64,000 nt of DNA, from assembly GCA_038231275.1 (NCBI GenBank), contig JBBRLQ010000012.1, forward strand, positions 1 through 64,000. Reading direction: 5' to 3'. The position numbers and the translations under genes are program-made. This document shows, in pieces, positions 1-9,286 of the stretch. Below the pieces are notes generated by a model, which saw only the letters and a program-made list of their open reading frames with translations, was not told the origin of the DNA and did not search any database. Numbering within the stretch: the stretch's first letter is position 1; each line of letters opens with the position of its first letter. The stretch comes from Polyangiales bacterium (lineage in GTDB: Bacteria > Myxococcota_A > Polyangia > Polyangiales > Polyangiaceae).

Positions 1-2
1 GC

Positions 3-674
3 GACGCCGCTTGGCGCCGGTCCTTCTTCCTGGCAGTGTCTTTCATTGGCGGTTCCTTTCGGGTTAAGCACCTCGATCTTTCGATCGGGGCCGGTGGAAC
101 CGCCACCTTCAAATTTCAGCAGAGACCGGGACGTCGCCCGAACGGGATCAACTCGATCCAGATCCGAAGGCTTGGCCCGCACGCGGAGTACTTCGACCAA
201 GGATCGGATTGGCACCTGCTAGCGAGGAACGAACAAGGCAGCTGGGACCAGCACGTGATGGAGAACGCAGGCATCGTGCGACTCGCGCCCCCCGACGGGA
301 AGATGCCGCACTGGTTCGTCTTCTATTCGGCGCGCGGCTGGCAGAACGACAGCTATGCGATCGGCTACGCCGACTGCGGCGAGAACATCTACGGGCTCGC
401 CGGCGACGGCTGCCGAAAGGTGACCGCGCACGGCCCCTGGCTCGCCACGAGCTCCGACACACAGCTGTTCGGGCCGGGCACCCCCACCTTCTACAACGAC
501 CCGTCCGGCGAGAAGCGCATGAGCATCCAGGCGTGGCGCTACCCGGGCGGCGTGGAGGCAGGCAGCCCCAACGCGGCGAAGAATCACAAACAGGGACAGA
601 TCATGAAGACGTACTCGATCGGGATCGACGATCAGTATCGCCCGCATGTCGTCTTGCGTCGCGTCGATCTCTGA
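3..674 (+). CDS. Glycoside hydrolase family 43-like beta-propeller protein, 5'-truncated by the window edge
   Basis: Frame is open from position 3. MENAG, FVFYSARGWQNDSYAIGYA and GPW...FGPG resemble GH43 C-terminal blades. Confidence 0.6.
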   Translation, partial: DAAWRRSFFLAVSFIGGSFRVKHLDLSIGAGGTATFKFQQRPGRRPNGINSIQIRRLGPHAEYFDQGSDWHLLARNEQGSWDQHVMENAGIVRLAPPDGKMPHWFVFYSARGWQNDSYAIGYADCGENIYGLAGDGCRKVTAHGPWLATSSDTQLFGPGTPTFYNDPSGEKRMSIQAWRYPGGVEAGSPNAAKNHKQGQIMKTYSIGIDDQYRPHVVLRRVDL

Positions 675-862
675 CGGCCAAGCGCGCGACCCGGGGCGAT
701 CCGGATCGCACGAATGCGCGATCGGATCGATCGCAGCGCGATCGCGCGGATCGCCGTAACGGGCACGAAACCCTGATTTTCCTGGGGAATGGCGCGCGGC
801 ACGCCGCGTGTATTGAGGCTTGTCGAGGCGCGGCGATCGCGACCTCGAGGAGGCTTACCACC

Positions 863-1576
863 ATGTCCCATTCGACCACCATCCTCGTCTCGACGGTTCT
901 CGCAGCCCTCGTCGGCTGCAGCAGCGGCGGCAGCGGGAGCGGCGGCGACGGCTCGACGCGCACCCTCACCGGCAGCGTCGGCGGCGCCGGCGGAGGATCG
1001 ACGCGCGCGTACGGGGGCGTCGTCCTGGGCGCGGGGCTTCACGTCGCCGCGTACCGGCTTCATGCAAAAGGGGAGCGCGGCGCCCGCGTCGACGTCGCGC
1101 TCGACGCAAGCGGCCACTTCCGCGTCGACGTCGAGCGCGGCGCGCGGTACGTCGTGAACGTCGAAGGCGCGGATGGGCGCGGCGCGCTGCTCGTCACGTT
1201 CGGCGGCGGCAAGGGCGTCCTCGACGTTGGCGTTACCGGCGGCGGGAGCGAGATCGACGTCGGCGCGCTCAAGGTCGCCGGCGGCTTCGCGCAAGCTGCA
1301 GGCATCGCGGCCGGCGCCGGCGCGATCGCAGCCGCCGCGAGCGCCGAGGAGTACTTCGACGACGCCGAGGGCGCGCTCACGGCCGCGCGCGACGCGTGGG
1401 ACGCTGCCCGCAAGGCCACCGAGGCCGCGTGCGCCGACGCGAAGCAGTCCATCGCCGCCGCGCAGCAAGCGTGCACGCTCCCCGGCGCCGCGTGCGGAAG
1501 CTCGGTCGACGACGCGAAGGCCTCCGCCGACGCATCGTGCGCGGCGGCCAACGCGGCCCTCGCCAGCGCGCCGTAA
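863..1576 (+). CDS. Putative lipoprotein of unknown function
   Basis: GGAGG upstream of the ATG; signal peptide ending LAALVGC; Gly/Ser linker; Ala-rich helical C-terminus. Confidence 0.65.
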   Translation: MSHSTTILVSTVLAALVGCSSGGSGSGGDGSTRTLTGSVGGAGGGSTRAYGGVVLGAGLHVAAYRLHAKGERGARVDVALDASGHFRVDVERGARYVVNVEGADGRGALLVTFGGGKGVLDVGVTGGGSEIDVGALKVAGGFAQAAGIAAGAGAIAAAASAEEYFDDAEGALTAARDAWDAARKATEAACADAKQSIAAAQQACTLPGAACGSSVDDAKASADASCAAANAALASAP

Positions 1577-1617
1577 CGCGCGGACGCTTCTTCAGGCGTT
1601 CTCGAGGCGCGGGACGG

Positions 1618-2097
1618 TCACCTCCGACGGCTCCGCGCCGCCTCGAGATCCGCCTTCGCCTCGCGAGCGCCCGTCGCAGCCAGCGCATCGGCGCGCTCGT
1701 TCCCCGCGTTGCCGTTGTGCGCGCGCACCCACTGCCACGTCACGACGAGCCCTTTTCCGGAGATCGCGTCCGCGATGCGCCGCACGCTGTCGACGACGAG
1801 CGGGTCCACTTTGGCGAATGCGCGCGCGCGCCACGTCTCCAGGTTCTTCGCGAGGTTCTCGACGAGCGGCTGGTTGTCGGAGAAAACTTTCACGGCGGCC
1901 CCCTCCGGGATCGTCGCGAGCGCCTCGGCGACTGCGCGGTACTCCATCACCTTCGCGAGGGTCCCCGTCGCCTTGCCGTACCCTTCGCGCGCCGGCCCGT
2001 CGGGCGGCCTCACGACGAAGCCCCACCCGCCTGGGGCACCCTCCGCCGCCTTGCACGAGCCATCGGTGTAGCAAAGGTACGTGGAGCGCCCGGTCAC
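1618..2097 (-). CDS. rnhA: Ribonuclease HI
   Basis: YTDGSC...PGGWG, ME..A, FSD and WQWVRAHNGNAGNERADALA motifs. Confidence 0.92.
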   Translation of the reverse strand: MTGRSTYLCYTDGSCKAAEGAPGGWGFVVRPPDGPAREGYGKATGTLAKVMEYRAVAEALATIPEGAAVKVFSDNQPLVENLAKNLETWRARAFAKVDPLVVDSVRRIADAISGKGLVVTWQWVRAHNGNAGNERADALAATGAREAKADLEAARSRRR

Positions 2098-3182
2098 ACG
2101 TCACCCCCAAGGCGCTTGGCGAGCTCGGCGAGCTCGGGGATCTGCGCGAGCGCGTCGCGGTCGAAGCCGATTCGATCGGGCGCGAGCGCGAGGCGGTAGG
2201 ATTTCTGGAAGTTGCTCTCGATCGCCGCGTCGAGCCCTACTCCGCGCAGGTCTTCGCGCATGCGGCGGATGCGGCTGTCGTCGAGGCGCCCCACCAGATC
2301 GGGCAGCGCGATCCAGCCGCCCGCGTCCTTCGCATCCACGACGCGGCGCACGGCCAGCGCGAGGAGATCCCGATGCGGCGTCTCGCGCATTTCGATCCGC
2401 GCGTCGCCGCTCGTCACCACGTATCGCTTGCGTGCTTTCTGGCCGACCGGCGCGCCGGTGAAGAAGAGCTGCGCGGTGGCGGTCGCCGGCCGGCGCGCGA
2501 CCTCGTGCACCCAGCTCGTCGCCAGCGCGAGGAAGAGGACGAGCGTGAGCGACTTCGACGCGAGGTTCAGGACCCAGCGCCGATCGCCGCTCACGAGCGC
2601 ATCGGTGATCTCGGGGAGCTGCGCCGCCATCTGAAGCGCGACGGCGATCGCCGCGAGGAGCGCGAGCGACAGGAAGCCTCGCCGCAGGAACGATCGAAAG
2701 AGGCCGAACCCGTACAAGAGGAGGACCACTCCCGAAAGAAGCACGTCGGGGAGCTGCGCGACCCGCGACCTCGCGCCCAGCGCCACGTAGAGAGCGATCG
2801 TAAGGAGCGCGACGCCGAGCGAGCCGAGCAGCGCCGCCGCCCCCCACCCTCGCCACTCGCGCGCGCGCTGCAGCGGCTCGGGACCGTAGTCGAGGTGCGA
2901 CGCGAACAGCAGCAGGCACGCGCTGTTCGCGCTCGAGAGGAGCGGCCGGAGCGCGCTCGCGGTCGCCACCGGCGTGGGCGTAAGGAGCAAAATTCCCGTC
3001 ACCCCCCAGATCCCGACGGCGGCCCCGAGCCACAAAAGCCCGACGTCGCGCCGCGGTCCCGACGCGGCCTCTCCAGCACGCACGGGGGTGCCACGCCCCC
3101 ACATGGCGAGGATCGCCCAGGCCGCTCCCAGGCACATCGCGGCCTGGGAGAGCGCATACCACTCCGGTGCGGCTTCGGGCAT
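2094..3182 (-). CDS. Multi-pass (about 7 TM) membrane protein with a C-terminal putative winged-helix DNA-binding domain
   Basis: Seven hydrophobic segments, then a soluble tail (HRDLLALA...SRIRRMREDL...IESNFQKSYRL). Stop overlaps the rnhA GTG start. Confidence 0.55.
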   Translation of the reverse strand: MPEAAPEWYALSQAAMCLGAAWAILAMWGRGTPVRAGEAASGPRRDVGLLWLGAAVGIWGVTGILLLTPTPVATASALRPLLSSANSACLLLFASHLDYGPEPLQRAREWRGWGAAALLGSLGVALLTIALYVALGARSRVAQLPDVLLSGVVLLLYGFGLFRSFLRRGFLSLALLAAIAVALQMAAQLPEITDALVSGDRRWVLNLASKSLTLVLFLALATSWVHEVARRPATATAQLFFTGAPVGQKARKRYVVTSGDARIEMRETPHRDLLALAVRRVVDAKDAGGWIALPDLVGRLDDSRIRRMREDLRGVGLDAAIESNFQKSYRLALAPDRIGFDRDALAQIPELAELAKRLGGDV

Positions 3183-3329
3183 CGACCCCGAAACGCTCGC
3201 GCGCCGCGACGATTTGGTCAATCGGCACGCGCAGGCACAGCGCAGGCACGACGATTTCGGCGGCTCCTGCCTGCCGGTGCCGGCGCGCGGCACGGGCGGC
3301 CCGCGTCCTTCGCGCGCTACCCCGCGGGC

Positions 3330-4685
3330 ATGTCGTCGGCCCCCACGCAGTCCCCTGCCCAGTCCTCCGCTCAGTTCCCCGCCGAGCCCTCTGCCCTCTC
3401 CACCTCGCACGATCGCCACCCCCGAGGGTTCTGGTTCGTCTTCTGGGGAGAGCTGGCCGAGCGGGCGTGCTTCTACAGCATGCGCACGCTCCTCGCCCTC
3501 TACCTCGTCGACGTCCTGGCGTTCGGCCAATCGTCGGGGGCAGCGGTCATGCAGTTCTTTCTCGCGGCTTGCTACATCACTCCCCTCTTCGGCGGGTGGC
3601 TCGCGGATCGATACTTGGGCCGGTACCGCACGATCGCGCTCTTCGCGGCGCCGTACGTGATCGGGCAGCTGGTCCTCGCGGCCGTGCCGTCTCGCGTCGG
3701 CCTGGCGATCGCTCTGCCGCTCCTCGCGCTGGGATCGGGAGCGATCAAGCCGAACACGAGCACGCTGATGGGCCTGATGTACGAGCGCGAGAAAAAGCAG
3801 CACCTGCTCGGTCGCGCGTTCGCGTGGTTCTACGCCGCGATCAACGTGGGATCTGCGGTCGCGTCGCTCGCCCTCCCGCTCGTGCGCGTGCGATGGGGTT
3901 ACGCGGCGGCGCTCACCGTCCCCGCCGGGTTGATGGTGGTGGCCTTCGCGCTCTTCGCCGCGGGTCGGCGGCACTACCCGGTCGAGGACGTTCGCGCGCC
4001 GCGCGCTGCCGCCGCGGACGACGGGGAGAGCCCCGCGCGCGCGATCCGTCGGCTGGCGCCGGTCTTCGCGGTCCTGTCGGTCTTCTGGTTCGTCTACGAT
4101 CAGACCGCCTCCACGTGGGTCTTCTTCTCGCGCGCGCACCTCGATCTCGAGCTCTTCGCCGGCGTCACCATCACCGCGGAGCAGCTCCAGGCGGTGAACC
4201 CGGTGGCCGTCGTGGCGCTGACGCCGGCGTTCGCCAGCCTGTGGACGCGCTACAAGCTCACCGATCCGCAGAAGATGCTCGTGGGCTTCGTGATCGTCGT
4301 GCTCGCGATGGCGGCGATGGCGCTCGCCGCGCGCATCGCCGGCGAGGGACGGGTCACCGTCTGGTGGGTCGTGGTCGCGACGTTCACCATCACGCTCGCC
4401 GAGCTGTGCGTGAGCGTCGTCGGGCTCGAGTATGCGTTCCGCGAGGCGGGGCCGCGCGCGAAGTCGGCAGTAACCGCCGCGTTTCTCTTGACGGTGTTCA
4501 TCGGCAACTCCTTCGGCGGCGTCTTCGACGTGCTCTACGAGCGAATCTCGCCCGCGAGCTACTTCGCGCTCCAGGCGATCGTCGCGGTGCTCGCGACCGC
4601 AGCGTTCGCGAGGGTGACGGCCGTCAAGGGGAGCGCGGCAGCCCGCGGTGCACTCCCCGCGCGCTCAGGAGCCGGGGGGGCGTGA
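3330..4685 (+). CDS. POT/PTR family proton-dependent oligopeptide transporter
   Basis: ELAERACFYSMR (ExxERxxxY), GGWLADRYLGR, GSGAIKPN, FYAAINVGS. Confidence 0.93.
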   Translation: MSSAPTQSPAQSSAQFPAEPSALSTSHDRHPRGFWFVFWGELAERACFYSMRTLLALYLVDVLAFGQSSGAAVMQFFLAACYITPLFGGWLADRYLGRYRTIALFAAPYVIGQLVLAAVPSRVGLAIALPLLALGSGAIKPNTSTLMGLMYEREKKQHLLGRAFAWFYAAINVGSAVASLALPLVRVRWGYAAALTVPAGLMVVAFALFAAGRRHYPVEDVRAPRAAAADDGESPARAIRRLAPVFAVLSVFWFVYDQTASTWVFFSRAHLDLELFAGVTITAEQLQAVNPVAVVALTPAFASLWTRYKLTDPQKMLVGFVIVVLAMAAMALAARIAGEGRVTVWWVVVATFTITLAELCVSVVGLEYAFREAGPRAKSAVTAAFLLTVFIGNSFGGVFDVLYERISPASYFALQAIVAVLATAAFARVTAVKGSAAARGALPARSGAGGA

Positions 4686-6068
4686 GCCGCGAGGGAGCGT
4701 GTCGGCGCGGAAGGCGCGCGCCTTGATGCGGCGACGCACCGCCGACGAGATGACCGCGGCCATCGCCCCAGGAGCGACGACGCGGCTCGGATCCTCGACG
4801 AGGTGGAAGACGGGAATGAGCGCGCGCATGATTTCGGGATCGGCGTGGATGCCCTCGAGCATCAGGTCCAGGTACGGCTGCACGAGCTTGGCGCCGACCG
4901 GACGATCTCCCTCCGTCAGCGCCCACAAGAAATCGGCGCCCGACGCGAGGCCCCACACGCCCTTCAGGAATATTCCCTGCGCCGCGTGGTGGCGCGTGGG
5001 CAAGTCCGGCGACGTCGCGCCACCCCTCGCGAGCTCCGCCTGCAGGATCACCGCGCAGACCGCGCCCGTCGACATGCCCTGGCCATAGACCGGATTGAAC
5101 GCGCAGACTGCGTCGCCGAGCGCGACGAGACCACCGACGTCACCGCGCCATGACTCGTAGTGGCGAAAGCGATTGGTGGTCGACCGATTCTGCACGATGT
5201 CGCTCAGCGGCTCGCAGCGCTCGACCACGTCCGCGAGCGCCGGCGACGCGAGGCTCCGGAGGTAGTGCAGGAAGCCCTCCTCGTCGGTCGGCGGATAGTC
5301 CTTGCTGAATCCGACTGCCGTCACGAGCCAGCGATGCCCTTCGATCGGAAAGCCGACGCCGCCGCGCGGGAAGTCCGGCGGCACGCCTTCGATCCAGAGC
5401 CCGTCCCACCACCACTCGGCGGGCCGCGTCTCCGGCGGCGGGCGGCGATAGAACCGCGACGCGTAGCCCGCGAAGGCCTCGACGACCTCCTCCTTCGGCG
5501 GCGCGATCCCCTCCTCGGCGAGCCACTTGGGGATCTTGGTGCCTCGGCCGCTCGCGTCGACGACGAGGTCCGCGTCGAGGCGCACCGCCGCGCCGTCCTT
5601 CGCCTTCACGTTCACGCCGATCGCGCGGGGTCTTCGGCCCGACGTGTCGAGGCGGAGACGCTCCACGGTCGTACGCTCACGAAGCTCGACGTTCGCGAGT
5701 CGACGCAACGACCCGCGGACGATGCTCTCGATGAGGGGGCGGCTCGCCCACACCGTCTCGAGTCCGCTCGACGTGCGCGGCGCCCACCCCCACTTCCGGA
5801 GGATGGCGAAGCGCTCCGTGAAGTCGAAGACGTGCGCCCCCGCGGCGCGGAGCTCCGCCTCGAAGCCGGGGAACATTCGCTCGATTTCCTGCTGACCGCG
5901 CGCGAGCAGCGCGTGTGCATGATGGCTCTGCGGCACGCCCACGCGATGGTCGGCAGCATCGGGATACGTGTCGCGATCGACGATCGTGACGCGATCGACG
6001 TGCTCGGCGAGCACCCGCGCCGCGCACATTCCCACCATGCTTCCCCCGATCACGATCGCGTGCGTCAT
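4665..6068 (-). CDS. FAD-dependent oxidoreductase/monooxygenase
   Basis: N-terminal Rossmann motif VIGGSMVG, VDASGRG, GDAVCAFNPVYGQGM. Confidence 0.88.
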   Translation of the reverse strand: MTHAIVIGGSMVGMCAARVLAEHVDRVTIVDRDTYPDAADHRVGVPQSHHAHALLARGQQEIERMFPGFEAELRAAGAHVFDFTERFAILRKWGWAPRTSSGLETVWASRPLIESIVRGSLRRLANVELRERTTVERLRLDTSGRRPRAIGVNVKAKDGAAVRLDADLVVDASGRGTKIPKWLAEEGIAPPKEEVVEAFAGYASRFYRRPPPETRPAEWWWDGLWIEGVPPDFPRGGVGFPIEGHRWLVTAVGFSKDYPPTDEEGFLHYLRSLASPALADVVERCEPLSDIVQNRSTTNRFRHYESWRGDVGGLVALGDAVCAFNPVYGQGMSTGAVCAVILQAELARGGATSPDLPTRHHAAQGIFLKGVWGLASGADFLWALTEGDRPVGAKLVQPYLDLMLEGIHADPEIMRALIPVFHLVEDPSRVVAPGAMAAVISSAVRRRIKARAFRADTLPRGSRPPGS

Positions 6069-6124
6069 GCACCCCCCCGTCGACTCTACGGGGCCACCAC
6101 GCGCGGGCGCAATCCCGACCGTGA

Positions 6125-6697
6125 TTACTTCACGTCGATCGGCGAGACTGGCGTTTCTTTCGCGTAGCGAACGACGACGTCCCGGGCGGCGACCGACGGG
6201 CGACCCTCCACGACGACGCGTAGCGCGTAGCTGCCGGTGGGCACGCGGTCGAGCACGTACGCGCCGCTGGCGTCGGTGGTCGCGGTTCGATTCCTGCCCT
6301 CGATGGCGACGCGCGCTCCCTCGGCCGGCGCTCCGTTCGCGGTGACGACACCGCGCATGCTCCCCGCGGGAGTGAAGACGATGTCCGGCGCGACCTTCGT
6401 TTCGCCGTCACCGATGTCGACGAGCATCTCCTGCGTGACCTCGATCGTCGACGGCGCGTACGCCTTCACGAAGTACCGCGCGCCCTGCGTCCCGATGTTG
6501 AAGTGCCACTGGCCGCCCGGCCCCGTGATCACCGAGTCCTCGCTGAACTTTCGACCGGAGACGAACACGAAGACGCCGGAGCTGTCGGTCTCGCCGGTGA
6601 GCACGATCTTCCCATCGAATGTGCTCGTCGATCCCGAGCAGCCTAGGCTCGGCGCCGCCCATAAGGCGAAGACGACAGAGAGTCGGGGGAGGGCCAC
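6125..6697 (-). CDS. Lipoprotein with carboxypeptidase-regulatory-like (Cna-B-type) beta-sandwich domains
   Basis: Lipobox SLGC; GSMRGVV...GARV...TATTDASGAYVLDRVPTGSY. Confidence 0.7.
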   Translation of the reverse strand: MALPRLSVVFALWAAPSLGCSGSTSTFDGKIVLTGETDSSGVFVFVSGRKFSEDSVITGPGGQWHFNIGTQGARYFVKAYAPSTIEVTQEMLVDIGDGETKVAPDIVFTPAGSMRGVVTANGAPAEGARVAIEGRNRTATTDASGAYVLDRVPTGSYALRVVVEGRPSVAARDVVVRYAKETPVSPIDVK

Positions 6698-6853
6698 CTC
6701 GAGGACGAAGCACCCGCCGTGCCGAGCCGCGAACTACGCGAGGGCTCGATGGGCGCCACGGACCACCCGCGCTCTCCCGCCCCACACGCTCGCCCATGTC
6801 GGGGCGGAGAGGCGCGACGCTCTACGTGCGCGGCGCGGCAGGCGGAACGCGCG

Positions 6854-7129
6854 CTAGTTCCAGACCTTCGGATCGCTCTCGGCCGGGCGGGGCTCGAGCA
6901 CCTCCTCGACCTCGGCCGCGGCGCCGGCGTCGGCGCGATCGCGGTTGCGCGCGGCGTTCGCTTCGTACTCGGAGCGGCGCGGCGCCATGGTCTCGCGCTC
7001 GGCGGCGCGCTCCCACAAGTGCGCGGCCTCACGCAGCGCACGCGCGCGCGACGCGTCATCCGGGGCCTCCTTGGCCTTCATCTCCGCGGCGAGCGCCTTC
7101 GTGACGTGGGGATTGCGACCGAATGCCAT
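6854..7129 (-). CDS. Small hypothetical helical protein
   Basis: 91-aa ORF with an ATG start and protein-like composition, filling the intergenic gap. Confidence 0.6.
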   Translation of the reverse strand: MAFGRNPHVTKALAAEMKAKEAPDDASRARALREAAHLWERAAERETMAPRRSEYEANAARNRDRADAGAAAEVEEVLEPRPAESDPKVWN

Positions 7130-7209
7130 GCGCCTCTCTACCGCATTCCGAGGGGTCGCGTCATCGCTCCTGGCGCCGACGCCGCGCCGCGAATAACGTC
7201 TCGCGACGC

Positions 7210-9276
7210 ATGAGCGAGCCCAAGTCCGAGCCCCACTCCGCTGCTATCGCCCCGATCGTCGGTCCCGAACGGACCCTCCCGGAGATCACCCCGAAGGCCG
7301 TCGTCCTCGGCGTCCTCCTCGCGATGCTCATGGCGGCGGCCAACGCCTACCTCGGGCTGCGCGTCGGAATGACGGTCGCCGCGTCGATCCCGGCATCGGC
7401 CATCGCGCTCGGTGTGCTCCGCTTCTTCCGGCGCTCCAACATCCTGGAGAACAACCAGGTCCAGACGATGGCCTCAGCGGGCGCGTCGACGGTGTCGGGC
7501 GTCATCTTCACGGTGCCCGCGCTCGTGATGATGGGCGCATGGAAGGGGTACGATTACTGGCCGATCTTCCTCATGGTGGTGATCGGCGGCGTCATGGGCG
7601 TCGTCTTCACCACGCCGCTGCGGCGCGCGCTCATCGTCGACGCGGGGCTCACCTTCCCCGAGGGCCTCGCGACCGCCGAGGTGCTGAAGACCGGCGGCAT
7701 CGAGCGCGACGCGAGCAAGCCCGCGCCCGAGAACAAGACGGGCGCGCTCGGCTTCAAGCTCCTCGTCGAGGCGAGCGTGATCGGCGCCATCTTCAAGCTG
7801 TGCGAGGGCGCGCTCAAGATCTTCGCCGAGGGTGTGGCGACGTCGAAGGCGCTCTTCGGCGGAAAGTGGCTCTTCGCGGCCGACGTGACGCTCGCGCCAT
7901 CGCTCCTCGGGATCGGCTTCATCGTCGGACCGAACATCGGAACGCTGATGCTCTCGGGCGCGATCATCGGCACCATCCTCGGCGTCCCCATCAACTGGTG
8001 GCTCAACGAAGAGCGGCTGATGGCGACCGCGCAGATCCCCGTCGGGACGATGATGAGCGCGCTCGGGCCGGAGCAGTGGGAGGCGCTCGCCGGCGCGTCG
8101 TGGCAAGAGTGCCGTCGCATCGGCATCGGCTGCATGCTGGTCGGCGGCGTGTGGTCGCTCATCACGCTCTTCAAGCCGATGGTGAACGGAGTGAAGGCCA
8201 GCCTCGCCGCCTTCCGCGCCAAGCGCAGCGGCAAGGGCGGCGGCGCGCCGCGTACGGAGATGGACACGCCTCTCCCGATCCTCCTCGCGATCGCCGGCGT
8301 CATGACGATCCCGCTCTTCTTCGTGTTTCGCTCTTCGCTCGCCGGCTACGACGGCGCCAGCTTCATCGCGGCGATCATGACGGCGCTGATGCTGGTGTTC
8401 GGGTTTCTCTTTTGCAGCGTCGCTGGCTACATGGCGGGCTTAGTGGGGAGCTCGAACAACCCGGTGTCGGGCGTGACGATGGCCACGGTGGTCGTGTCGT
8501 CGCTCCTCCTGCTCCAGCTGATGGGCCACGACGGCATCGCTGGGCGCGTCGGGCCGGCGGCGGTGATTTACCTCGCCGCGTTCATCTGCACCGGCGCGTG
8601 CATCGCAGGCGACAACCTTCAGGACTTGAAGTGCGGGCACATCGTCGGTGCGACGCCGTACAAACAGCAGCTCTGCCTCGTGCTCGGCGCGATCGGGTCG
8701 GCGGCGGTGATCCCGCTCGTCCTCGGCGTGCTCGACTCCGATCAAGGGATCGGGCGGCCGTCGCACCCCGGCGCGCACCCGCTCGCGGCGCCGCAAGCGT
8801 CGCTGATGAAGGACTTGTCGACCGGCATCTTCGGCGCGGGCATCAACTGGAACTTCATCCTCTTCGGCTGCGGCCTCGCGGTCCTCATCATCGCGCTCGA
8901 CGAGGTGCTGAAGCGACGCAAGGCGAAGTTCCGCACCCCGATCCTCGCCGTCGCGGTCGGCATCTATCTGCCGTTCGGCTTGTCGGTGCTCATCTTCATC
9001 GGCGGCATGCTCTCGTGGCTGGCGGCGCGGCGCTTTGGCGCGAAGACCCACGAGGGGCGCGTCGCGCTCGAGAACTCGGGGATGCTCCTCGCGTCGGGCC
9101 TCATCACCGGTGAGGCCATCATGGGGGTCGGCATCGCGCTCGCGGTGGCCGCGGCGCCGGGCCTCTTGCCGACGACGCGCTTCGCTGGTGGAGGAACGGT
9201 CGCGCTCCTCGCGACGTTCGGGATGCTGGTTTACCTGTACGCGCGGACGCTCCGGGCGGCGCGCGCGATGCAGTAA
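7210..9276 (+). CDS. OPT family oligopeptide transporter
   Basis: AANAYLGLRVG, NILENN.VQT.ASAG, FPEGLATAEVL, GSSNNPVSG, DNLQDLK.G, APQASLM. Confidence 0.95.
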   Translation: MSEPKSEPHSAAIAPIVGPERTLPEITPKAVVLGVLLAMLMAAANAYLGLRVGMTVAASIPASAIALGVLRFFRRSNILENNQVQTMASAGASTVSGVIFTVPALVMMGAWKGYDYWPIFLMVVIGGVMGVVFTTPLRRALIVDAGLTFPEGLATAEVLKTGGIERDASKPAPENKTGALGFKLLVEASVIGAIFKLCEGALKIFAEGVATSKALFGGKWLFAADVTLAPSLLGIGFIVGPNIGTLMLSGAIIGTILGVPINWWLNEERLMATAQIPVGTMMSALGPEQWEALAGASWQECRRIGIGCMLVGGVWSLITLFKPMVNGVKASLAAFRAKRSGKGGGAPRTEMDTPLPILLAIAGVMTIPLFFVFRSSLAGYDGASFIAAIMTALMLVFGFLFCSVAGYMAGLVGSSNNPVSGVTMATVVVSSLLLLQLMGHDGIAGRVGPAAVIYLAAFICTGACIAGDNLQDLKCGHIVGATPYKQQLCLVLGAIGSAAVIPLVLGVLDSDQGIGRPSHPGAHPLAAPQASLMKDLSTGIFGAGINWNFILFGCGLAVLIIALDEVLKRRKAKFRTPILAVAVGIYLPFGLSVLIFIGGMLSWLAARRFGAKTHEGRVALENSGMLLASGLITGEAIMGVGIALAVAAAPGLLPTTRFAGGGTVALLATFGMLVYLYARTLRAARAMQ

Positions 9277-9286
9277 GTCCCTCGGG

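Noticed and set aside
690..815. GATCG-rich patch and a possible sigma-54 promoter before the 863 lipoprotein
   Set aside because: GATCG is common throughout the window and the -12 element is a poor match.
1173..3329. 1170-aa ORF extension upstream of the POT transporter, and similar extensions on ORFs 9287-11500, 41636-43987 and 44164-46968
   Set aside because: These are Arg/Pro-rich shadow frames overlapping real genes, typical of high-GC DNA. True starts lie downstream.
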